59,059 bases of DNA from Clostridiaceae bacterium (GTDB taxonomy: Bacteria > Bacillota > Clostridia > Clostridiales > Clostridiaceae). The stretch lies in contig DATCIH010000055.1 of assembly GCA_036507955.1 (NCBI GenBank), positions 1 through 59,059 on the forward strand, given 5' to 3'. The notes beneath the pieces are model-generated. The model was not told where the DNA came from and did not search any database. It saw only the letters and a program-made list of their open reading frames with translations. Numbering within the stretch: the first letter of the stretch is position 1; each line of letters begins with the position of its first letter. The translations under genes were made by a program, and so were the position numbers. This document shows, piece by piece, positions 49,276-59,059 of this stretch.

Positions 49276-50670
49276 ATGGCTGGTTGGGATTCATTAAAAG
49301 AATTAGTAAAAGAAGAAATAACACAAAGAAGAGAAGAAGGCTGCATTGTTACAGGCTTTAAAGAAGAATGGGGAGTAGCTGGGGATGATGAAAAGAAACT
49401 GATGGAAATATATCACCAGCTAATGCAACTTGAAATCAAAGAGGATTTTAATTACGTAGAGCCTTCAGAGCTGGAGGATATACGAAGGGAACGTCCTGAA
49501 GGGCCTCGCCAATTGAAAATAGATTTAACCAAAGAACAATTAATGGATAAGTTTTATGGCGCCTGGATAGGAAGAAGCATCGGATGTGCTCTGGGTAAGC
49601 CCCTTGAGTGTGGACCCTACATGTCAGGGGCAGAAGGAAATCCTGGCTGGAAGAATATAAAGCTTTGGTTTGAAGGTGCTGATGCATGGCCTATTGCAAA
49701 CTACACCCCCTCGAACTCAAGAGCAAGGGAAGAACATAACCTTTTTATTTCAACCTGGTGCAATAAAAGTGAACTAGATAATATAAGATTTATGGAATCT
49801 GATGATGACATACGATATACAGTGCTTGGACTTATTATGCTTGAAGAGAAAGGGTTAGAATGGGATTCTTGGGACATAGGCAAGCTTTGGCACAAAAAGT
49901 TATCTTTTGCACAGGTGTGTACTGCTGAAACTCAGGCTTATTTGAATTTCTGCCAGGTTACTGCTCATATGAAAGGTGAGAAACCAGAGGATTGGAAGAG
50001 CAAGCTGCAATGGGTAAGAACCTATTTGAATCCATATAGAGAATGGATAGGAGCACAGATAAGGGTAGATGGCTTTGCCTATGGAGCTGCGGGAAACCCA
50101 GAGCTGGCTGCTGAATTTGGCTGGAGAGATGCTTCCTTCTCCCATGTAAAGAATGGTATCTATGGAGAAATGTTTATTGGGGCTATGATTGCAGCAGCCT
50201 TTGCTGAGAACGATGTTGAAAAGGTTATAGAAATTGGACTTAGTGAAATTCCAAAGAACTGCAGACTTGCGTGGGACGTAAAAAAAGCTATAGGAATTGC
50301 AAAAGGTGCAAAGAATCAAGAAGAGCTTGTATCTAAGATTTACGATACCTTTAAGGAACTAAACTGTGTCCATACCAATAACAATGCAGCTTTATGTGTT
50401 GCAGCTCTTATATTTGCAAAGGGTGACTATGAAAAGGCAATTACCACAGCGGTATTTGGTGGATGGGATACAGACTGCAATGGTGCTACCGTGGGATCAA
50501 TAATGGGGGCTATGGTGGGTGCTTCAAAAATACCACAAAAATGGACTGCCCCCTTAAATGATACCTTGTTCTCGGACATAATAGATTTTCACCCAATTAA
50601 AATATCTGAATGTGCGGAAAGAAGCTATAAAACCTTTTTGAAAATAGAAGAACAAAGACATTGTAAATGA
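49276..50670 (+). CDS. ADP-ribosylglycohydrolase-fold protein with ~95-aa N-terminal extension
   Basis: ARH family motifs: GAWIGRSIGCALG (N-terminal Gly-rich motif) and GGWDTDCNGATVGSIMGAMVGA (C-terminal metal-binding motif). Start placed at ATG 49276, 8 nt after aggag. Confidence 0.7.
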   Translation: MAGWDSLKELVKEEITQRREEGCIVTGFKEEWGVAGDDEKKLMEIYHQLMQLEIKEDFNYVEPSELEDIRRERPEGPRQLKIDLTKEQLMDKFYGAWIGRSIGCALGKPLECGPYMSGAEGNPGWKNIKLWFEGADAWPIANYTPSNSRAREEHNLFISTWCNKSELDNIRFMESDDDIRYTVLGLIMLEEKGLEWDSWDIGKLWHKKLSFAQVCTAETQAYLNFCQVTAHMKGEKPEDWKSKLQWVRTYLNPYREWIGAQIRVDGFAYGAAGNPELAAEFGWRDASFSHVKNGIYGEMFIGAMIAAAFAENDVEKVIEIGLSEIPKNCRLAWDVKKAIGIAKGAKNQEELVSKIYDTFKELNCVHTNNNAALCVAALIFAKGDYEKAITTAVFGGWDTDCNGATVGSIMGAMVGASKIPQKWTAPLNDTLFSDIIDFHPIKISECAERSYKTFLKIEEQRHCK

Positions 50671-50788
50671 ACTAGGGTCAGGCGTTGGAAATATTCATAA
50701 GTATAGGAAAACCTATTTTGGAAACGAACCAGAAATTATAGAAGACGATATATTTAAGATTAAGTTTAATATATATAAAGTCGAAGAA

Positions 50789-50820
50789 GAGCGGATTGAA
50801 GAGCGGATAATGAGCGGATT
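50789..50820 (+). repeat. Three direct repeats GAGCGGAT(T/A) at 12/11-nt spacing
   Basis: gagcggatt (50789), gagcggata (50801), gagcggatt (50812). They lie about 70 bp upstream of the next gene. Confidence 0.5.
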
Positions 50821-50890
50821 AAATGAAAACCAGCAAACAGATAATTATTTTCATAGTTTTTATATTGTAAACAAAGGAGCTTAATTTAGG

Positions 50891-51280
50891 ATGAATCAAG
50901 AACTATTAAAAAAGAAAACAATTAGTGCTATAAGTGAATTAGCAAGTGAAAACGGTTATTTTGCGCCTGTTGATTTATTTATGAAAATTGATATCTTAGA
51001 TAAGAAGGATTATGAAGCTTGGAGAATGGGCAGGATACCTTATCTAGAAAAAGTTTGCAGAGGGAACTTAAGAAAAATGAGTTTAATAATGAAAGAGTTG
51101 AGGAGCTATGCCCTAAAGAATAACTTTAAAGCATCCATTACTGTATATAAAAAATGGGGAAAAGGGAATAGTACAGACTTAAGATTTAGTAAAAGTGGTA
51201 ATAAAGATATTGAAAGAGCTTACTCTACACATTATGTAAGCCCTCCATATAAGCAAAATAACTGTTCACCTATACCCTAA
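50891..51280 (+). CDS. Hypothetical protein
   Basis: 129-aa ORF with RBS (aaaggag), sitting between the ARH-like gene and the rhamnosidase. Confidence 0.4.
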   Translation: MNQELLKKKTISAISELASENGYFAPVDLFMKIDILDKKDYEAWRMGRIPYLEKVCRGNLRKMSLIMKELRSYALKNNFKASITVYKKWGKGNSTDLRFSKSGNKDIERAYSTHYVSPPYKQNNCSPIP

Positions 51281-51351
51281 TTGACGAAATAACTTATGTG
51301 TCGTATATTATTCTCAGAGTATTTCCACAGGAATTGAAAAAGGAGAACAGT

Positions 51352-54300
51352 ATGAAAAATGAAGATGTAAATACTTGTGAAGAGAGCTTCGATGTTATCA
51401 ACCTTAGAGTAGAGTACTCTAAAACACCACTAGGAATTGATGTAGAAAAGCCACGTTTTAGTTGGCAAATGAGTGCTCCTATTGGAAGAAGGGACTATGT
51501 ACAAACTGCATACCAGCTTGTTGTCAAAAAATCAAATGGAGTAATAGTTTGGGACTCCTCCCAGGTTAAAAGCGATAACTCCCTAAATATTATATACGCA
51601 GGCAGTACTTTGCAAGCAAGCACAAGATACATATGGACAGTAACTGTTTGGAATCAAGAGGATAGTTCTGCTTTGGAAGTATCCTGGTTTGAGACAGGTT
51701 TGATGAATGATAATCCGGATTTGACTGCTTGGGATGGTGCAGCTTGGATAGGTGGTAGCGACGAGGATTTGGTACTATATTCTCATTACCTATCAGTATT
51801 TAAAGTAGGTTACACGCTGAAACTGGGTAGGGATTCAACTAAAGCGGGTTTTATATTAGGTGCTAACGACAGTAGATTGATGGACAAAAATAAGAATATT
51901 TATAATGTTGAAAGCCTTAGAAATAGTAGTTATATTAAGTTTGAATTGGATATTTCTGCTCTAGATGGCTCTGAAACGGGTTTAGCTAAATTAAATATAT
52001 ATCGTATGGGCTATAAGACTGGTGATATGCCAAATACCTCAATCGATAGCTTTGATATTCCATTATTATTTATTAACGAATATAATAAGTATACTTCTCA
52101 TGATATTTATCTATGGTGTAATTTTGGAATATTTGACATGTACATAGATGGAATAAAGGATGAAAACAAGATTACAATATGTAAAAAAACAAACCCAAGA
52201 CCCTGGGAAGGTGGCGCTGTAAACGTCAATCCTGTAGGGGTGGGACATGACTACATTAGTTTCCCAATGGTAGCAGATATAGGGTTTTCACTAGCTGCTG
52301 GTGAAACGGCTTCTTTCGCAAACCTCACCATAACCAATTATCGGTATCCCTCAAGCACTCTCTTTAAGGAGGACTTATTAAAACCTTACGAAGGAATTTA
52401 TGCTGTATATGCAAAGGAGGAGAGTTCTGGCTTTATTGTGGACGAGGGAGCTTATGTACTTACAGGTGGAACTGACGGAACTTTTATAGTTGCAGATCCA
52501 AGCCACAACTCAATGCCTATGTTACGTAGCGAGTTTGCCACAGAAGAAAAGCAAATTCATAGTGCAAGGTTATATGTAACAGCCAGAGGTATTTATGAAA
52601 TGTATATCAATGGCATACGTGTAGGAGAAGATTATTTCAATCCTGGCTCAACACAATATAATAAAACCCAGATGTATCAGACTTATGATGTTACGGCTAT
52701 GCTAAAGGCTAAAGGGAATAATGCAATTGGAGCATGGCTGGGAGAAGGCTGGTGGAGTGGTTCCATAACTTATAGTGGAGAAAATTGGAACTACTTTGGT
52801 GATAGGCAGTCTATTTTAGCAAAGCTAATAATTACCTATGCTGATGGAAGTATAAAGCTAGTAACTACAAACTCTGAGGGCTGGAAGTATTACAATGATG
52901 GTCCTATAATATACGGAAGCTTTTTCCAAGGAGAAGTATATGATGCCACTAAGGAAGCTTTGATTAATGGATGGGACAAGATAGGATATGACGATAGTAA
53001 TTGGAAGAATGCAGTTAAAGTAGCGCTGGATGAGACTACTGCATACTTAGGAAGTTCCACAGACTCGTCAGGTGTTACTACTTATCATGATTATGATAAC
53101 ATGTCTTTAATTGGTCAAATAGGTGAGAACGTAGGCGTAGTCACAACACTAACCGCACAAACCGTAGAAGAAATTCGTAAAGGCGTTTATATTTATGATA
53201 TGGGTCAGAATATAGCTGGTATTCCTAGAATAAATATAAAAGCTGGCAGAGTTAGAGATAAGATTACTCTGAGATTTGCAGAGGTAAGATACCCCGACAT
53301 GGAAGAATATGGCGACAACATTGGTATGATTATGCTGGAAAATATACGAGCTGCACTGGCCCAGGACACATACATCCTTAAGGGGGGAGATGAGGTTATA
53401 CAACCTCGATTTACCTTCCATGGCTTTAGGTATATTGAAATTACAGGTACGCAGGAGAAGCTACCACTAGAGGCGGTACAGAGTTTGGCCATCAGCTCTA
53501 TGAAGGAGTTAGCATCAAGCTATGAGACTTCTAATGATAAGGTAAATAGGCTATGGCAGAATATTGTATGGTCACAAAGAGACAATTTTCTTTCAATACC
53601 AACGGATTGCCCTCAACGTAATGAACGGTTAGGCTGGTCCGGAGACATTTCTGTTTACTCACGAACTTCTACTTATATAGGTGATGCAGATTTGTTCCTA
53701 ACTCGTCACATGTATGCTATGCGCGATATTCAGCAGGATAATGGCAAATTCACCGACATTGCGCCTATTGGTGGAGGTTTCGGTGGAATTCTCTGGGGTA
53801 GTGCTGGTATAACGGTTCCTTGGGAAATATTTCAGCAGTATGGTGATGCTTTATTGCTTGAGAAGCATTACGATTCCATGAAGAAATATGTTTCCTTCTT
53901 AGACACTAAAATTGATGCTAATACAGGTCTTATTAATGAAGGACCTTTAGGTGATTGGCTAGGTCCTGAAAACCGTAAAAATGAACCCGTATTGCTTTGG
54001 TCCGCCTACCATGCTTATGACTTGTGGATTATGGCTAAAACCTCAAAAATCTTAGGTAAAACCCAGGATGAAAAAAATTACTTAAAAAATTATGAAGAGC
54101 GTAAAGAAGTTTTTAACAATAGATTTGTTGATCCCATAACTCATAAAACTATCTACTCTGATGGTAAAACAATTATGGACACGCAAACCTCCTATGCAGT
54201 ACCATTAGCTCTTGGTATTTTTAGTAATGAGAATATCTCTTATGCAGCGGAATACCTGGTGGCTGCCTGCAAGCGTGAAAATAAAGATGACGATAAAATA

Positions 54301-54912
54301 ACACATCCAGAATATTCGCTTATGACTGGATTTATTGGGACAGCATGGATTAGTAAGGCACTTTCTGATTATGGGTACAGTGAGGTGGCCTATAGGTTGC
54401 TTCAACAAACCTCTTATCCATCCTGGCTGTATTCTATAGATCAAGGAGCAACCACTATTTGGGAGCGACTAAACTCTTACACTATAGATAATGGGTTTGG
54501 AGGTAACAATAGTATGAATTCCTTCAATCACTATTCCTTTGGCGCAGTTGGTGCCTGGATGTATAACTATTCACTAGGTATACAGCGTGATGAGGAAAAT
54601 CCAGGCTTTAAGAAGTTTATTCTACAGCCTATCCCAGATCCAGATGGAGTTATGACTTGGGCTAAGGGACACTATGATTCCACGTATGGAACAATCTTAA
54701 GCAGTTGGGAACGTAATGGTAGTAAGATAACCTATAAAATTACTGTACCAGCGAATACCACCGCTAAACTTTATGTTAAAGCTGCTTGTGAAGCTGCTGT
54801 TACAGAAAATGGGAAACTAGCTTCTGAAGCCCAGGGGGTAAACTTTGTTAAGTATGAAAAAGGGAAAGTAATTTATGAACTCAAATCCGGAAGCTATGAA
54901 TTTAAAGCATAA
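51352..54912 (+). CDS. Alpha-L-rhamnosidase, glycoside hydrolase family 78 (long multi-domain form)
   Basis: GH78 N-terminal signature (INLRVEY...PLGID...PRFSWQ). About 1186 aa counted from the Met at 51352 (RBS aaggaga). Confidence 0.8.
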   Translation: MKNEDVNTCEESFDVINLRVEYSKTPLGIDVEKPRFSWQMSAPIGRRDYVQTAYQLVVKKSNGVIVWDSSQVKSDNSLNIIYAGSTLQASTRYIWTVTVWNQEDSSALEVSWFETGLMNDNPDLTAWDGAAWIGGSDEDLVLYSHYLSVFKVGYTLKLGRDSTKAGFILGANDSRLMDKNKNIYNVESLRNSSYIKFELDISALDGSETGLAKLNIYRMGYKTGDMPNTSIDSFDIPLLFINEYNKYTSHDIYLWCNFGIFDMYIDGIKDENKITICKKTNPRPWEGGAVNVNPVGVGHDYISFPMVADIGFSLAAGETASFANLTITNYRYPSSTLFKEDLLKPYEGIYAVYAKEESSGFIVDEGAYVLTGGTDGTFIVADPSHNSMPMLRSEFATEEKQIHSARLYVTARGIYEMYINGIRVGEDYFNPGSTQYNKTQMYQTYDVTAMLKAKGNNAIGAWLGEGWWSGSITYSGENWNYFGDRQSILAKLIITYADGSIKLVTTNSEGWKYYNDGPIIYGSFFQGEVYDATKEALINGWDKIGYDDSNWKNAVKVALDETTAYLGSSTDSSGVTTYHDYDNMSLIGQIGENVGVVTTLTAQTVEEIRKGVYIYDMGQNIAGIPRINIKAGRVRDKITLRFAEVRYPDMEEYGDNIGMIMLENIRAALAQDTYILKGGDEVIQPRFTFHGFRYIEITGTQEKLPLEAVQSLAISSMKELASSYETSNDKVNRLWQNIVWSQRDNFLSIPTDCPQRNERLGWSGDISVYSRTSTYIGDADLFLTRHMYAMRDIQQDNGKFTDIAPIGGGFGGILWGSAGITVPWEIFQQYGDALLLEKHYDSMKKYVSFLDTKIDANTGLINEGPLGDWLGPENRKNEPVLLWSAYHAYDLWIMAKTSKILGKTQDEKNYLKNYEERKEVFNNRFVDPITHKTIYSDGKTIMDTQTSYAVPLALGIFSNENISYAAEYLVAACKRENKDDDKITHPEYSLMTGFIGTAWISKALSDYGYSEVAYRLLQQTSYPSWLYSIDQGATTIWERLNSYTIDNGFGGNNSMNSFNHYSFGAVGAWMYNYSLGIQRDEENPGFKKFILQPIPDPDGVMTWAKGHYDSTYGTILSSWERNGSKITYKITVPANTTAKLYVKAACEAAVTENGKLASEAQGVNFVKYEKGKVIYELKSGSYEFKA

Positions 54913-54945
54913 GCTATAAGAAAATAATGTACTTATGGATACTCA

Positions 54946-54991
54946 GAACTTGTGCCTTGATAGTTATAATTGACTATCAAGGCACAAGTTC
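54946..54991. terminator. Bidirectional terminator (19-bp perfect inverted repeat)
   Basis: gaacttgtgccttgatagt-tataattg-actatcaaggcacaagttc. Confidence 0.7.
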
Positions 54992-54995
54992 ATGA

Positions 54996-56969
54996 TTAGT
55001 GAAAGGATTTCCAAAAGGTACCCTGAGTATTAATAATATTCATTATTTCATTAAAAGGTATCTTGAAAGTAGGAAAACCTGCCACATAAGGTCCAATTTC
55101 ATAAGGTTCAAAATAGATAAAGAGTGTATTCTGATTTACGTAAAAAGGTTGATCAGGTCTAATCCCTTTATAGGTATCAGGAAACACATAAGAGTATTCT
55201 GGATTATTCTTAATTTGCTTGCCAATAATATCGCTTATCACTTTTACATACTCACTATTCTCTTTGAATAAATCCTTTAGGTTATAGAAATCACCTAATA
55301 CTAGGTCAATGTGAGGATATGCCCTGCTAGGCATTCCATGGGCGGCGCCAAAGGGAAAATTATAACCCTCCAACTCTAGAACCAGTAAGTTCTTGTTAAA
55401 GAACTCGATAGAAAAATCACCGGAGTAGTTATAATCAAGTTGTAGGTTGCCATCTATAGGTTTAACTTGGGACAGCTCTTTAAGCTTTTTATTAACATTA
55501 GTTTGAATTCCCTTGTTTTCTATACCTGAAACCTGTGGATAGTACACCAGATAGTCCTTATTAGGTTTATATTTCTCCTCAATTACACTGTATATATTAT
55601 TTAAGGGGATAATACGATTTTGTTTCCATACAACTTTTCCTGACTTGTTAAGATAAGATAATCTGCTATCTATATTCGCCTGTATTAGATTGCCTTGAAG
55701 GCTTAATAACCCATTTCCTGGAACTATAGGCAGGCAACTTGCAGCCTTACCACTCTTATCAATAAAGAAGGTACTTCTATTATCAGAAACAGAGGCTAAA
55801 CCATTTTTATATTCTAATACATTGCTATATATAAAATCTGTTAGAATTTTACCATTAGTATCTGCAATGGAGTAGATTGAACCAATAAAGGGCTGCTTTT
55901 CATCAAGAGCCTTGCCTAGGGCTAATCTATACTCCCCAATAGGATTTATATTATTATATATAGGCTTAATTATAAAATTACCGTTTTTATCTATTAGGCC
56001 ATATTTGTTAGTATAGTCATTTGACATATTAACCACAGCTCTTCCTGCATTAAAAGGCGCGGCGGTAAAGTATTTAGGAGGGAGTATTACTTTCCCACTC
56101 TCATCCATATAACCTGATTTCCCATCTAAACTTTCTCTAAAAATCAGTAAGTTATCTCCAGAGGGTCCCACTAAGGCATACTTATAGGTGTGCAGTATTT
56201 CCCCCTTTAGATTTATTAAAGCAAAAAGGTTCTCACTGATTTTTACAACTGCTTTTCCAGAGCTAAAATCATTAGCAGATTGATATTTTAGTGGAATAAC
56301 TTCCTTCCCATCTCTATCCAAATAACCATATAAATAATTATTATTTATATCATTACCAGCAAACATGGCTCTTCCTTCTTTAAAGGAAGATATAAAACTA
56401 TAGGCTTTTGTGGTTAACATCTTGCCTTTTTCATCTATTAGCTTAAAACCGCTATCATCAATTACTGCAGCGCATCCCTCTGAAAATTCATAAATACTGC
56501 TATACTGAGGTTTTACAATGTAATTTTCTTGGCTATTAATAATTCCAGTCAGATTATTTTCCTCGACTACGGCTAAACCATTACTTTGAAAGCTCATGGC
56601 ATTATCATATTTTGGTTTAATGATGAAGCTACCATTACTATCAATATAACCCCATTTGGTTCCCTTAACAGTTTTTAAAGACGCAGGGAAAAGCGGCACC
56701 ATTCTTGTTTGAGATTTTATAAGGGGAGCTTCTTTAAAGCTCTTTTTAAAATTCGTTAACGGGTACCAATAGTTATAATAATTTTTAAGCACAAGTACAT
56801 ACGTTTCTCCTTGGGATTTATAGCCAACTATGATCTCGTATAAACCATCTCCATCAAAGTCTGTAATTGTAATGGCAGGCCTTTTATAGGGGTTTTGTAA
56901 CATAAGTACCTCAGACATAGGAGGAAGATAGTCTAGTGCGATTTTTAAAAGGGATATTTCATTCAACAT
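54996..56969 (-). CDS. WG-repeat (KWG) protein with C-terminal DUF4163/DUF3298 (RsiV/PdaC-N-like) domain
   Basis: Repeated Y/F-G-Y-I/L-D..GK..I.P.Y units across about 450 aa. The C-terminal 200 aa resemble the extracellular domain shared by RsiV and PdaC. Confidence 0.6.
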   Translation of the reverse strand: MLNEISLLKIALDYLPPMSEVLMLQNPYKRPAITITDFDGDGLYEIIVGYKSQGETYVLVLKNYYNYWYPLTNFKKSFKEAPLIKSQTRMVPLFPASLKTVKGTKWGYIDSNGSFIIKPKYDNAMSFQSNGLAVVEENNLTGIINSQENYIVKPQYSSIYEFSEGCAAVIDDSGFKLIDEKGKMLTTKAYSFISSFKEGRAMFAGNDINNNYLYGYLDRDGKEVIPLKYQSANDFSSGKAVVKISENLFALINLKGEILHTYKYALVGPSGDNLLIFRESLDGKSGYMDESGKVILPPKYFTAAPFNAGRAVVNMSNDYTNKYGLIDKNGNFIIKPIYNNINPIGEYRLALGKALDEKQPFIGSIYSIADTNGKILTDFIYSNVLEYKNGLASVSDNRSTFFIDKSGKAASCLPIVPGNGLLSLQGNLIQANIDSRLSYLNKSGKVVWKQNRIIPLNNIYSVIEEKYKPNKDYLVYYPQVSGIENKGIQTNVNKKLKELSQVKPIDGNLQLDYNYSGDFSIEFFNKNLLVLELEGYNFPFGAAHGMPSRAYPHIDLVLGDFYNLKDLFKENSEYVKVISDIIGKQIKNNPEYSYVFPDTYKGIRPDQPFYVNQNTLFIYFEPYEIGPYVAGFPTFKIPFNEIMNIINTQGTFWKSFH

Positions 56970-57100
56970 AATTTATTCTTTCCTTTATAGCATTCAAGGT
57001 ATTCTATGATATTGTTTTGAAGATTGTGAATTAATGAGTCCGTTCCTATTGATATCCATTTATGTTACAATTTAATTATAAGAAATGAGGGAGGATATAC

Positions 57101-57718
57101 ATGGATATTAAAGTACTTAAAGAAATTGCATATAAACATATGGGGAATAGGAAAGCACATTTGGAAAGAGAAAAAGGGTTTATTTATTATCATGGCTTAA
57201 GAGTGTCTAAACTTTCTTTAATATTAAGGGAAGCGATATTGCCAGGAGACGCATCTCATGATGATATTATTGTTGCAGCTTCCCTATTTCATGATATAGG
57301 CAAAGGAATGGAGCCACATGGAAAATATGGAGCTGTATTAGTGAAAGATATTCTTATAGAATATTGTACAGAGCTTGAAATTGCAAAAATTGCTGAAATA
57401 ATATATTGCCATAATCTAAGAAAGAAGAGCAATGATTATTCAGAATATATTAAAATAGTACAAGATGCAGATATACTCGATCATTTTGGTACTATTGAAA
57501 TCTGGATGAACTTTCAGTATTATGCTTATAAAGATGAGCCAATGCAAAATTCTATAGAGTTTTATCATAATGAATATGATGCTCTTGTTCAAGATTGTAG
57601 AGGACAACTAAATTATGAGGTGTCCCTTAAAATATTTGATGAAAAAGTCGCTTTTGGATACTCATTTATTGCTAGATTTAAGAAAGAAACCGAAGGGGAA
57701 ATTTGCATAGAAATATAG
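57101..57718 (+). CDS. HD-domain phosphohydrolase
   Basis: H...HD motif (YYHGLRVSKL ... LFHDIGK) and downstream D (DADILDH). Confidence 0.75.
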   Translation: MDIKVLKEIAYKHMGNRKAHLEREKGFIYYHGLRVSKLSLILREAILPGDASHDDIIVAASLFHDIGKGMEPHGKYGAVLVKDILIEYCTELEIAKIAEIIYCHNLRKKSNDYSEYIKIVQDADILDHFGTIEIWMNFQYYAYKDEPMQNSIEFYHNEYDALVQDCRGQLNYEVSLKIFDEKVAFGYSFIARFKKETEGEICIEI

Positions 57719-57783
57719 GGCAGCCTGCTACTTGAAAGATTTTTCTATGAACTGGGGTCTTTCCTATATTATAAAAAGATTCT

Positions 57784-58384
57784 CTAAAACTGAGATGTTT
57801 TTTTAGAGTTTGAGTTGAAAATGATAGAAGAATCTGAGTGGCTAAATGACGCCTTCTTAACAACATTCAAATAGCGTATATAAGTAATATCAAATACTGA
57901 ACAGAATATTCCAAGTACGAGAATTAGTTGATTTCCACGAATAATTCCAAATAAAATTGTAGGTGCTAGAGTGCCAATCCATTTGCTTACAGCAATAGTT
58001 AGACTCTGACCTTTTGTACTCCCCCTGCTAACAAGAATATTTATAAACAATATAGACATTATAAGATTTTGTATAAACGCTGAGTACCAAGGTCCTAAGT
58101 TGCCAAATTCTATAGAAAAGGAGTATTGAATAGCAAAAGACATTAGAAATATAAGCAATGACCAAGGTATAAAGTATTTTTTATTTGCATATTTTGAAAA
58201 CTCTTCTTTTCCAAATTTAAAATAGGTATATACAATCAAAATATCTAAAAGGAACCAAACGAGATTAATCCAAGCCTGTACATTTCCGAGACTACTTGTT
58301 AAATCAATATAAGAATAAAGTCCTTCCCACGTAATATACTATTGTCCAACAGATTCCACTTAATGCCAATAAAAAAGCTACCAT
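57784..58384 (-). pseudogene. Membrane protein with an apparent frameshift near 58290
   Basis: There is an ATG at 58384 with RBS (ggggga). 26 codons (MVAFLLALSGICWTIVYYVGRTLFLY*) then end. The adjacent frame continues IDLTSSLGNVQAWINLVWFLLDILIVYTYFKFGKEEF... into the 57784..58239 ORF. Confidence 0.4.
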
Positions 58385-58509
58385 ATTAAATTCCCCCAAG
58401 TATTATTCGATGTTACACTTGTAACGTCGCTATGACTAAAGTATAATATATAATAATGATATTAGCAATAGAAGGTCCGATTAGTGTTACAAAAGGGAGG
58501 ATTTTGTTC

Positions 58510-59046
58510 GTGAAAAGACTAGACAATAATTCACAAAATAAAATGGCCAAAGAATGTATCTTTACATCACTCATGATGTTGATGGAGAAAAATAATTTTC
58601 AAGAAATATCAGTTACAGACATAACAAATAAAGCAGGGGTATCCCGTATGGCTTATTATAGAAATTACAAATCAAAGGAAGGTATTATCACAAATTATCT
58701 TGATGAATTATTTGAAGTCTATTTAGATGAAGTATCAAATTATGAAAAAATTGATGTTTATCAATTTGCATACAGGTATTTTGTGTATTTCAGAAAACAT
58801 GAAAAATTGATAAAGAATTTGATTAAGGCGAATTTATCTATTCTGATACTTGAGAGGTTTGATGTATATCTACATTCAATATTTAAAAATATTCTCAATA
58901 ATAGTTCTTCTGAGAAAATAAATAAATATGAAGTTTACTATATTGCGGGAGGGTTATACAAAGTATTAATTGAATGGATAGAAAATGGATTGGTAGAAAG
59001 TGACGAAGAGATGGCTAAAATTATTTGTAGTTTTGCAAATAAATAA
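58510..59046 (+). CDS. TetR/AcrR-family transcriptional regulator
   Basis: HTH (ISVTDITNKAGVSRMAYYRNYKSKEGII). GTG start 8 nt after aaagggagg. The alternative start is the Met at 58543. Confidence 0.7.
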   Translation: MKRLDNNSQNKMAKECIFTSLMMLMEKNNFQEISVTDITNKAGVSRMAYYRNYKSKEGIITNYLDELFEVYLDEVSNYEKIDVYQFAYRYFVYFRKHEKLIKNLIKANLSILILERFDVYLHSIFKNILNNSSSEKINKYEVYYIAGGLYKVLIEWIENGLVESDEEMAKIICSFANK

Positions 59047-59059
59047 TATAATAATGCAT

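Noticed and set aside
1-59059. CRISPR arrays, tRNA or rRNA genes, and prophage or integrase genes.
   Set aside because: There are no regularly spaced direct repeats, no cloverleaf-like GC-rich ~75-nt islands and no rRNA-like conserved blocks. No integrase, recombinase or phage structural genes were recognised.

Overview
This is a low-GC (roughly 30% GC) Firmicute/Clostridium-like chromosomal window with about 60 genes on both strands. No rRNA, tRNA or CRISPR array was recognised. I found no single obvious undescribed system. The window is a mosaic of carbohydrate and cell-envelope genes, small-molecule-modifying enzymes, decayed genes and a few mobile-element traces.

Core genes include tyrS behind a T-box leader, helD, rsgA with an upstream CD3324/Mor-family gene, a flotillin/SPFH protein, an eda–kdgK pair and a bactofilin–M23 peptidase pair.

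Accessory content is dominated by glycoside hydrolases, each with an adjacent AraC regulator: a GH42 beta-galactosidase, a 1036-aa hydrolase of uncertain family and a GH78 alpha-L-rhamnosidase. The GH78 locus includes an unusual ADP-ribosylglycohydrolase-fold protein.

The second accessory theme is small-molecule-modifying enzymes: several GNAT acetyltransferases, an AAC(3)-like acetyltransferase, two APH-fold kinases, two HAD hydrolases, two SAM methyltransferases and a beta-lactamase-fold hydrolase.

The most notable structural observations are:
- A compact mobile element at about 2161–3352: a Y1 HUH transposase gene flanked by roughly 23-bp inverted, REP-like ends, with extra tandem half-copies at both borders. 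It sits between cheX and a PilZ (YcgR-like) gene, and the cheX 3' end is built from one repeat copy.
- A high-GC (about 48%) foreign insert carrying an alpha/beta-hydrolase gene with an in-frame TAG at codon 6. It appears to have replaced the body of an ABC-transporter ATPase downstream of a LytTR regulator.
- Further gene decay: a GNAT gene with an in-frame TGA immediately before a Cys codon, an IS91-family transposase relic, an internally deleted LD-carboxypeptidase, and a frameshifted membrane protein.
- Leader-peptide plus terminator (attenuator-like) structures upstream of both SAM-dependent methyltransferases.

Smaller regulatory features include a 49-bp perfect palindrome between a TIM-barrel gene and cheX, a triplicated GAGCGGAT direct repeat upstream of the rhamnosidase operon, and a repeated 'ATGGCGAAGTAAAG' block upstream of two genes.
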